Of a stretch of 64,000 bases of DNA, positions 56,670 through 64,000 are shown piece by piece. This stretch comes from Candidatus Cloacimonadota bacterium. GTDB taxonomy: Bacteria > Cloacimonadota > Cloacimonadia > JGIOTU-2. The notes below the pieces were generated by a model that saw only the letters and a list, made by a program, of their open reading frames with translations, ran no database searches and was not told where the DNA came from. Numbering within the stretch: position 1 is the stretch's first letter; each line of letters begins with the position of its first letter. The stretch lies in NCBI GenBank assembly GCA_049903315.1, contig JBNGBT010000001.1:192001-256000 (forward strand), written 5' to 3'. The position numbers and the translations under genes are program-made.

Positions 56670-58064
56670 ATGAAAAAAATTATTATTTTTTCAGTTCTTA
56701 TTTTATTTGCCTTCTCCACTCTTCACGCAGTAATTGGATGGAGTGGAAATATTTGGCCAAATTCAGGATCAAATCAAACGAACGGTTCTGATATTACTGT
56801 GTACTATCAGATGTGGAAAGATGGAGCTACCGGTCCCGGCGGTCCAGCTCCCATGCTTTCAGCAACGATCTTTTATAAGAAATCAACAGAAACTACGTAT
56901 CAAGATCTCGCAATGACTTATAACGCACCTGTTGGAAATAATGACGAATACATGGGCGCAATTCCGGATACGTATTTTGGTTCCGGCGACATTATTCATT
57001 TCTATTGCGAGGGCTATGACTCCACTGACGCAACATATTCATACGGAACTGACCAGTCCGGCGCAGGTCCTTTTGATGCAGGAAATCCAGGTTCATATAA
57101 TATCGTAGGCGGCATAAGCCAGGATGTCACGGTTACCTTCCAGGTTGATATGAGCGTTGTGGGCCCAGTCGAACCAGTAACAGTAGCAGGTAGTTTCAAT
57201 GGCTGGAACGCCAGTGCTAATGAACTCACAGCACAGGGCGATGACATCTATGCAGGTGATGTACTGTTTACGGCAGGTACCAATCCAAGCCAGGAATATA
57301 AATATGTAAATGGCGGCAATTGGGAAGACCAGATCGGTAATCGAACACTTACTGTTGATGATTCATCACCCACAATGATACTACCGGTTGTATATTTCAA
57401 CGATCAGAACCCCAATGACTATACCGATATCGATGTCACTGTCACGATCAGCGTTGATGTAGCAGATTCTGTTGGTGCTGGTTATGTGTTTGACTCACTC
57501 GGTGTGTATGGGAATGTTGCTCCACTTGATTGGGATTTCGGTATCATACATAATGGATTGATAGAGATCATAACCGATGAACTGTGGACTGGAGAATTTC
57601 TTTTCCCTGCAGGATCATGGAAACATGTAGAGTTTAAACTTGGAAGAAATGGACTCGATCTCGAAGCCGGATTTGGAGAAAATCATACCTTTGATATTGA
57701 TGATTCAAGCCCAACCCAGCTCATAAGCTGCGTGTATGGAACAATGGGACCAGTCACCTCGATTGACGATCCACAAATGCAGGGTGACATATCTATGAAG
57801 AATGTTCCCAATCCCTTTATCAATGGCACGACAATTTCATTTTCTTTGAAATCACATGAATTCAAGAATGCTACTGTATCGATCTTCAACCTCAAAGGAC
57901 AACTTGTGAATGAGTTCAACACACAAACAAATCCTTTTGGACAGGGAGAAATTCATTGGAACGGAAAAGATCTTCAGGGCAAAGAACTGAATAGCGGTAT
58001 CTATTTCTATAAGGTTTCAACAGACGATGCATCCGAAATTCATAAAATGATAATGATGAGATAG
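56670..58064 (+). CDS. Shorter paralogue of 53890 (GNNDEY domain + CBM-like repeats + CTD)
   Basis: GGAGG RBS; the N-terminal ~230 aa align closely with 53890 (IGWSGNIWPNS, GNNDEY, FYCEGYDSTDATYSYG); PNPF...WNG...SGIYFY C-terminal domain. Confidence 0.8.
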   Translation: MKKIIIFSVLILFAFSTLHAVIGWSGNIWPNSGSNQTNGSDITVYYQMWKDGATGPGGPAPMLSATIFYKKSTETTYQDLAMTYNAPVGNNDEYMGAIPDTYFGSGDIIHFYCEGYDSTDATYSYGTDQSGAGPFDAGNPGSYNIVGGISQDVTVTFQVDMSVVGPVEPVTVAGSFNGWNASANELTAQGDDIYAGDVLFTAGTNPSQEYKYVNGGNWEDQIGNRTLTVDDSSPTMILPVVYFNDQNPNDYTDIDVTVTISVDVADSVGAGYVFDSLGVYGNVAPLDWDFGIIHNGLIEIITDELWTGEFLFPAGSWKHVEFKLGRNGLDLEAGFGENHTFDIDDSSPTQLISCVYGTMGPVTSIDDPQMQGDISMKNVPNPFINGTTISFSLKSHEFKNATVSIFNLKGQLVNEFNTQTNPFGQGEIHWNGKDLQGKELNSGIYFYKVSTDDASEIHKMIMMR

Positions 58065-58074
58065 AAGCCATATT

Positions 58075-59208
58075 ATGAGAAATTATTTAAATGCGAGATC
58101 CCGATTTTTACATCGGGGTCTCTTCTTTCTAATATTATTAACATTTTCTGTAAGCTCGCTGTATGCCACCACAGGTGATGATCTGAGTGACCGTATCATT
58201 ATAGACGGCTTTAGTGATGACTTTGCAGATAATGAGCGACTCTTTATTAAAACACCTCTTGCCGAATCTCAAGAGCTGGATGACGATTCCTGGTGGGGTG
58301 AATACAATGACGTCAAACAGATCGACCTTACGTGGGATCTCACCTATCTCTATGTCGCGATAGATGCCTGCTGCTGGGATAACAATGTGATCTATTACCT
58401 TGACGTGTATCCCGCTTACGGTATCCAGAATATGCTGGACTTGAATACATGGATGAGAGCATTCAAATTTTATGGTACTAATCCGGATTTCTTCCTTGCC
58501 ACATGGGATACCAATGATAATCCGCAGTTCTGGAAAATGCGGGAAGGTTCGTCTTTGCAGGCGGATGAAGTCTCTGTAAATGATTACTCGGCTTATAATA
58601 CAGGAAATCTCGGCAGGGCAATGGAAGCTGCAATTCCGTGGGAAGTTATCTATTATGATTCCCTTCACACAATGAAGGATTTTCCCACTCTGAAAATGCT
58701 CGCAGTGATCACCACCGGCTCAGATAATCTCGGCGGACCTGATGTCATACCGAATAATCTTGGCGGTATGCCAAGCGACGGCATCTCCACAGCAGTGCTC
58801 GATAATTATCTCGAGATATGTGTTGATTCTACGGGAGATGGGAGTCCGGATATTGGAATAAGCCCGAAAGAGCGGGTACACTTTTATAAAATCCCTCCCT
58901 TTGAAGAGCTTCCCCTTTCCGTCAGAAAGGTAATTTTTCCAGATGGGAAAGTCTTTGCTCCTTCCAAAGGGGAGAAGCTCTCATTCCAGATCGATCCCAA
59001 TCGTGTCAGTGCCTTCAATGTGGAAATATATGATGCACGAGGTGCCTATATCAGCAATGCTGAGCTTGTCGATCTCGAAACACAGGCATGGGAATGGGAC
59101 GGCACAAATAAGAATGGGAAGAGCGTTCCCTTCGGCATATACATCTTGAGAGTGGTCTCGGACTCTCAAGAGGTCAGCCATAATGAAGCGATTTCGGTAA
59201 TTAAATAA
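58075..59208 (+). CDS. Secreted protein with DOMON/CBM9-like domain and FlgD-like/type-B-like CTD
   Basis: IIIDGFSDDF, LTWDLTYLYVAI, MEAAIPW; C-terminal VFAP...IYDARG...WDGTNKNGKSVPFGIYI. Confidence 0.65.
   Translation: MRNYLNARSRFLHRGLFFLILLTFSVSSLYATTGDDLSDRIIIDGFSDDFADNERLFIKTPLAESQELDDDSWWGEYNDVKQIDLTWDLTYLYVAIDACCWDNNVIYYLDVYPAYGIQNMLDLNTWMRAFKFYGTNPDFFLATWDTNDNPQFWKMREGSSLQADEVSVNDYSAYNTGNLGRAMEAAIPWEVIYYDSLHTMKDFPTLKMLAVITTGSDNLGGPDVIPNNLGGMPSDGISTAVLDNYLEICVDSTGDGSPDIGISPKERVHFYKIPPFEELPLSVRKVIFPDGKVFAPSKGEKLSFQIDPNRVSAFNVEIYDARGAYISNAELVDLETQAWEWDGTNKNGKSVPFGIYILRVVSDSQEVSHNEAISVIK
58095..58130 (+). terminator. Terminator-like hairpin inside the 5' end of the 58075 ORF
   Basis: gagatcccgat-ttttac-atcggggtctc followed by ttctttct. 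Confidence 0.6.
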
Positions 59209-59209
59209 T

Positions 59210-60058
59210 ATGAAAAAATGTAGAAATAAACGAATCGGATTTTTAGCTCTCTTTTTATTATTGATCCCAATCGGATTGCAGGCAGATTTTATTGGTATGA
59301 ACTGGGGGGCACGCCCCATGGCATTGGGTGAAGCGTATGTGGGTCTTGCAAACGATCCCTCAGCAGTTTTCTGGAATCCTGCAGGGCTTTCTTATGTGAG
59401 CCGTTATTCAGTTATAGCATCGCATCAAAATTTGTATGGCGTCAAAGACCTGTATAATGAAATGGTGGCAGTGTCCATTCCCCTGAAATTCGTGCACCTC
59501 GGACTGGGTTGGACCCAGATGAATCTTCTTCATGAATATTCCGAACAAAACATTGCGCTTTCTGCCGCAAGTATTATATGGTATAAGAACATCGCGATCA
59601 GGTTTGGTCTGAGTCTGGATAATTACTTCGTCAGTGTTCCGGGATATGATGATGCCAAGAATACCTCAACATTTGATGTCGATGCAGGTCTGATCACAAC
59701 TCCGCTGAAAAATTTGTCTTTCGGATTCACAGCCCGCAATCTTATTGAACGGAGTGTCACACTTGTGTCTGAAAGCGAGAAGATCAAAAGAAATTTTGCT
59801 CTTGGTGCACATTACCAATGGCGGGACGTGGTGAATTTCCTTTTAGATTATAATTGGGATAATGACGAGAGCAGTCTCCATTTTGGATGGGAGATATGGT
59901 TCTTTGATGTGTTCGCACCACGTATGGGATTAAATAGAGATTATTTGACTGTTGGCTTCGGTATTAAATCAAAGAACTGGACGCTCGACGGCGCAGTGTA
60001 TTCACACGAAGAGCTTGGCAGTACATACCGTCTTTCTTTTGGCGTTCAATTCAAATAG
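59210..60058 (+). CDS. PorV/PorP-like outer-membrane beta-barrel
   Basis: GARPMALGEAYVGLANDPSAVFWNPAGL signature; alternating beta strands; ends ELGSTYRLSFGVQFK. Confidence 0.8.
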   Translation: MKKCRNKRIGFLALFLLLIPIGLQADFIGMNWGARPMALGEAYVGLANDPSAVFWNPAGLSYVSRYSVIASHQNLYGVKDLYNEMVAVSIPLKFVHLGLGWTQMNLLHEYSEQNIALSAASIIWYKNIAIRFGLSLDNYFVSVPGYDDAKNTSTFDVDAGLITTPLKNLSFGFTARNLIERSVTLVSESEKIKRNFALGAHYQWRDVVNFLLDYNWDNDESSLHFGWEIWFFDVFAPRMGLNRDYLTVGFGIKSKNWTLDGAVYSHEELGSTYRLSFGVQFK

Positions 60059-60080
60059 CATAAATGTACAGGTATTTATA

Positions 60081-61592
60081 GTGAAAAAAAGTATATTATT
60101 TATTATTAGTTTTCTTGTGGTCTGTTCATTCTCCCTTCATGCACAGATACGGCTGGAAGGTTATCTCGAAAGTTCATTCGGCACGAAATATGAATCCGAC
60201 AGCTTCCATTGGAATATTTGGGATCCCGATTTCAAGGTTGAGTTCCGGTTATTTGCTCATCCTATTGCTAATTCTGAAGCGTATGTGAAATTCTATGGTG
60301 ATAAATGGAACGAGCATGGGCAGATGACGGATCATTCTGAAGCGATCCTTGCAGAAGCCCACCTTTCCTACAGGCAGGAAAAGAACGGATTCGGATTCAA
60401 TACGGTTTTGTTCACCCGGGAAAATAATCACTATTGGACGGATGGTTCTCTACTCAATGTACTAAATTCGGGCTCGGTCAATAATGACGGCAACGGGCAA
60501 GGTGTGAGGTTCGATCTCTGGGAACCCTGGGGCGGAAGCGCAACGTATGTGTTTTCAGATTTCTCGCAAGGAGACAGTGACGATATCCATCTTGTCAGAC
60601 TTAGGCAGAATTTGTTGAAGGATAAGCTCAAAACCGGAATGTTCTATCAGAGAAAAAATTATGGGATCGGTGATAAAAATTCCTACAATGAAGTATTTGC
60701 ATTTGATGAACATGCTGAGATCGGTAAATACCAAGTCAACTTTGAAATGGCTTTCTCCAGCGTTCCCTCAGAGCAGGATGTTAAGGATACCCTAAAATAC
60801 TACAGAGATCAAAGCAGTAAGTATTTTGAAGATGGCGATTACATCAGCGGACTTCGAGAATTTTTCAAAGGAAATGTCGCAGCAAAAATGGAGTTCCGCG
60901 GCTTCAGGGTTGGTCATCCCAATTTTGGCTACTGGTTTATCAATCCCGGCGTATGGACATATGGAAAATGCTATAAGAACTATATGGGTGAGAACAAATC
61001 AGATGAATTTGGCATCTGGGTGAATACCTACTATTTTGTTCCTCAAAGAGCTATAACGCTTACTTTGAATTACTCGCAAAACCAGAAGCTTGAAGGTGAA
61101 CAATATTCCACAGGAGTGAGTCTCGATCCTGTGAGAAATCTTTATGGAGAAGCATATATTGAATTTGTGAACGGCTTCAAGGGTAAGGTTTACTATAATA
61201 TGAAGGACGAGGTCTGGCACGGGAAAAATTATAAACATAATGATTTTTTTGCTGAGCTTTCTGTAGAAAACCGCTTGGCAAAATTACTGACACAGTTCAA
61301 AATAAAAGATATTGGTGAAACCTGGGAAAAACAAATTGCAGGTATTGAATGTGCTGTGAATCTCTCTGACCGCTGGCGGGCTTTTGCCCGTGGTCTTGTC
61401 GTGAATGACAGGGTCGGTTCTCGCATGAGCTTTTTCGGAGAGCTTCAATACCGCATCGGCGGCAATTCTGAAATTTATCTTCAATATGGTCCGAGCTGGT
61501 ATGGCGGATACGGACTCGTAAATGACGACAGTTTTGTGTCCGGCGGCACAATGCAGGATGAGATCAGAGTCGTTTTCAAAGCATGGTTTTAA
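60081..61592 (+). CDS. Uncharacterised outer-membrane beta-barrel protein
   Basis: Likely GTG start at 60081 with a signal peptide ending LHA; aromatic-rich amphipathic strands; C-terminal beta-signal RVVFKAWF. Confidence 0.7.
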   Translation: MKKSILFIISFLVVCSFSLHAQIRLEGYLESSFGTKYESDSFHWNIWDPDFKVEFRLFAHPIANSEAYVKFYGDKWNEHGQMTDHSEAILAEAHLSYRQEKNGFGFNTVLFTRENNHYWTDGSLLNVLNSGSVNNDGNGQGVRFDLWEPWGGSATYVFSDFSQGDSDDIHLVRLRQNLLKDKLKTGMFYQRKNYGIGDKNSYNEVFAFDEHAEIGKYQVNFEMAFSSVPSEQDVKDTLKYYRDQSSKYFEDGDYISGLREFFKGNVAAKMEFRGFRVGHPNFGYWFINPGVWTYGKCYKNYMGENKSDEFGIWVNTYYFVPQRAITLTLNYSQNQKLEGEQYSTGVSLDPVRNLYGEAYIEFVNGFKGKVYYNMKDEVWHGKNYKHNDFFAELSVENRLAKLLTQFKIKDIGETWEKQIAGIECAVNLSDRWRAFARGLVVNDRVGSRMSFFGELQYRIGGNSEIYLQYGPSWYGGYGLVNDDSFVSGGTMQDEIRVVFKAWF

Positions 61593-61611
61593 CAGGATAT
61601 AAGGAGTAATA

Positions 61612-63555
61612 GTGAGAAAAGTAATACTTTTCATAATAATGTTTTGTTGGGTCAGCATGGCTTTTGCCGGTGTCTCGATAACAAAAAAAGGTGTGGAATT
61701 CTTTTATGAAGCACCGAATGCAGGTACGGTGTCCGTTGCTGGTGAATTCAATGAGTGGAACACGTCAGCACATGTCATGAAACTTGGTGATGACGGTGTG
61801 TGGAGAATTGTCATTCCGCTTTCTTCAGGTTCCTATATGTACAAGTTCGTTGCAGATGACAACTGGATTACTGATCCGGACAATCCCAAACAGAAGGATG
61901 ACGGCTATGGCGGTATGAACTCTCTTGTCGAAGTTACTGCTGGTGGTGAACTTATTGTGAGCAGCGAACCGGTGAAACAGGAAGGAATACGAACTTTGCT
62001 TAATCCGAAAGTGCTGTTTGACGGACGGATGTATTCACAAAATCTCTTTAATAAAGAAGATTATAATGACAAGCTGATGCTCGACAAACCCTTGTTCGAT
62101 ATCAATCTCGGCGTGAAGGTCAAATTCAATTCGCAGGTCGAGGGCTATACGGTCATGAATATCAACAACATCGCTGAAGGTGTTGATATGTGGAAAACCC
62201 ATCTGAATTTCAAACGAAGCTACCTCAAACTCGATACGCAATATTTTCTGGTGCAGGCATTCGATAAATACGGATTTCTTACCTTTGATGATCCTCTTCA
62301 CCTCGTGGGTGATATCGGCTGTAGAAGTTATAATTTCGGTTACGATGTGATGGGCATATATGGTCGCTCTAACCTGCCGATGTTCATGCTTCCAATTGTT
62401 GGAATTCCTATGCAATTTCAGGCAGAAGGAGTTTTTGCAGATAACGCAGGCGATGATGATACCGACATAAGTGCATTCAGGGGAAAAGTGTTCTTTGATG
62501 TGATACCGGAAACAACTTCTGTAAGGTTCGGATTCGGTGAATATCATGCACAAATGCCTGTGAGTACGACTTCTTCAAAGGAACATACAAGTAATGAATT
62601 TGATATACAGGCTTCTTATTCGATGGATCAACCCGGGTGGCAAAATCCGATGGAGTTCGTTTTATCTGGTGAATATTACCAATTCAAAGATACCGATAAT
62701 GTCAATATGGATTCATTGAAAACAGACTTTGCAAAAGGTGACAGAATATTTGCCGGGCTGGAAGTAAATTTCCCCGCAGCATTGAAGGTCTTTGCTCATT
62801 TCCAAAGAAACAAGCTTGAGTTCGCAAGAGATATCACAAAGAACCGGCTTACGCTTGGTGGAGAATTTTCTACAGAAAAGCTTGTTGCCAAAGTTGCAAT
62901 GAGTACGTGGAAAACAGATTTTGCGGACAGTCTTGTCACATGGAATGATTACTTTGTGTACATGGAAAAGACAGACGGAAACGGTCGTTGGTTCCAGAAA
63001 TATACAAATGTGCCTTATGCGCAGTATACACTTATGGGTTATGAAACTGCAATGTATTGGGATTTTCTGTTCGGGTATGATTTTGAACTCCTGAATCAGA
63101 AATTCCATGCCGGTTATGAAGGCAAAATAGCACAGCAGGATATCAAATACGAGCCCAAGTTGATCGAGAACATTGCAACTCTTCAATGGGATATATCACC
63201 TCAATGGTCACTCTATACCGATCTCCGTGTGCCGATATATAACGATCCATTCCTACAGGTTAAAACTGATTTCAGTGAGTGGAAGGATGTGTTCTGGTGC
63301 AATTTTACCAGTTTGACCTACCATCTGAGCAGAAGCATTGACCTCTCATTATACTGGGGCGTGAATCCCATAGCGCTCAGCAATGTGACCGATGAGTTTT
63401 TGCCGATCGGCAGATTCGAATATATGAATGAAATTGGAAATTTCGAGAACTATCTTGAAAACAGTTATACAGGACTCGGTGAACAGATACGAGAAGCTGA
63501 AAAGTCACTCACGGAAAAGCAGCGCATCGGCGTCGAAGCTGTATTGAGATTTTAA
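61612..63555 (+). CDS. CBM48 (AMPK-type glycogen-binding) domain fused to a predicted outer-membrane beta-barrel
   Basis: Signal peptide; VSVAGEFNEW...GVW...YMYKFVADDNWITDPDNP...GGMNS; barrel-like C-terminal ~500 aa ending RIGVEAVLRF. Confidence 0.75.
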   Translation: MRKVILFIIMFCWVSMAFAGVSITKKGVEFFYEAPNAGTVSVAGEFNEWNTSAHVMKLGDDGVWRIVIPLSSGSYMYKFVADDNWITDPDNPKQKDDGYGGMNSLVEVTAGGELIVSSEPVKQEGIRTLLNPKVLFDGRMYSQNLFNKEDYNDKLMLDKPLFDINLGVKVKFNSQVEGYTVMNINNIAEGVDMWKTHLNFKRSYLKLDTQYFLVQAFDKYGFLTFDDPLHLVGDIGCRSYNFGYDVMGIYGRSNLPMFMLPIVGIPMQFQAEGVFADNAGDDDTDISAFRGKVFFDVIPETTSVRFGFGEYHAQMPVSTTSSKEHTSNEFDIQASYSMDQPGWQNPMEFVLSGEYYQFKDTDNVNMDSLKTDFAKGDRIFAGLEVNFPAALKVFAHFQRNKLEFARDITKNRLTLGGEFSTEKLVAKVAMSTWKTDFADSLVTWNDYFVYMEKTDGNGRWFQKYTNVPYAQYTLMGYETAMYWDFLFGYDFELLNQKFHAGYEGKIAQQDIKYEPKLIENIATLQWDISPQWSLYTDLRVPIYNDPFLQVKTDFSEWKDVFWCNFTSLTYHLSRSIDLSLYWGVNPIALSNVTDEFLPIGRFEYMNEIGNFENYLENSYTGLGEQIREAEKSLTEKQRIGVEAVLRF

Positions 63556-63567
63556 GGAGTCCGCATC

Positions 63568-63993
63568 ATGAAAAAAATAGTTGCATTTATCCTAGTTATT
63601 TCACTGCTTTTCCTTTCAGCATGTTCAATGAACTTCATCAAGAAGCGTTTGCCTGCTCCTCATCAAATACCGGGTGGAGGAATCCTGTTCCAGTTTGACG
63701 CTCCGTCTGCACGTATTGTCACTCTTTCGGGAAGTTTCCCTGATAATATGTGGAGTGGAACTGCATCTTCATCTGGAAGTTTCAATGAGAATATTGATAA
63801 GATGTATGATGACGGCACACATGGTGACAGGATCGCTGAAGACGGTATCTGGTCTATCGTGAAGCAGCTTGCTCCCGGCAGATATGAATATAAATATGTT
63901 ATTGACAGAAACACCTGGGTGAAAGACCCCAATGCGTTCGAAGTGATCGATGATGGTTACGGCGGAAGCAATTCTGTCCTGATCATAAATTAA
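63568..63993 (+). CDS. CBM48/AMPK-type glycogen-binding lipoprotein
   Basis: Lipobox LSAC; VTLSGSF, MYDDGTHGDRIAEDGIWS, GRYEYKYVID...WVKDPN...DDGYGGSNS. Confidence 0.82.
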   Translation: MKKIVAFILVISLLFLSACSMNFIKKRLPAPHQIPGGGILFQFDAPSARIVTLSGSFPDNMWSGTASSSGSFNENIDKMYDDGTHGDRIAEDGIWSIVKQLAPGRYEYKYVIDRNTWVKDPNAFEVIDDGYGGSNSVLIIN

Positions 63994-64000
63994 TTTTGAG

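Noticed and set aside
59952..60080. N-terminal extension of the barrel ORF
   Set aside because: Overlaps the PorV-like gene; the signal peptide begins at GTG 60081.
213..63932. Numerous short antisense or nested ORFs (e.g. 58138..58668, 50759..51304, 62035..62553, 7104..7424, 34808..35002, 47453..47644)
   Set aside because: They shadow well-supported genes or are translations of repeat elements, and have no motifs or RBS.

Overview
Bacterial window from a diderm organism. The lipoproteins, FlgD-Ig/T9SS-like C-terminal domains and PorV-like barrel suggest an FCB-group lineage, possibly Cloacimonadota (inference). It has four blocks. (1) 1-8.4 kb plus 35-41.2 kb: an anaerobic purine/ureide catabolism gene set (ygfK, two tandem knotted-type carbamoyltransferases, carbamate kinase; then a ThrC-like PLP enzyme, MocA, XdhC and a three-subunit xanthine dehydrogenase), with a RAYT transposase flanked by REP doublets inside the left part. 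(2) 8.5-34.8 kb: an AT-rich island with divergent sigma-54 promoters and repeated enhancer-like sites. It encodes two Ser/Thr kinases (one with a zinc ribbon, 7 PASTA repeats and an FGE-sulfatase domain), a PP2C phosphatase, FHA proteins, a displaced YidD homologue, PEGA/FN3/LamG/vWA envelope proteins, a histidine kinase, an NtrC-type regulator and a chimeric duplication/deletion scar. (3) 41-47 kb: ddl, a CHASE2 adenylate cyclase, a HAD hydrolase, a TPR lipoprotein and nfeD. (4) 47.8-64 kb: an alpha-glucan locus with glgE, glgM/glgA, a fused MalE-MalF ABC component, MalG, non-catalytic secreted starch-binding proteins, a PorV-like barrel, two uncharacterised outer-membrane barrels (one fused to CBM48) and a CBM48 lipoprotein, with no SusC/SusD or LamB in the window. 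The best candidates for undescribed systems are the kinase island, the SusCD-independent glucan capture locus and the double-transcarbamylase purine pathway variant. All calls are by eye from motifs; no database searches were run.
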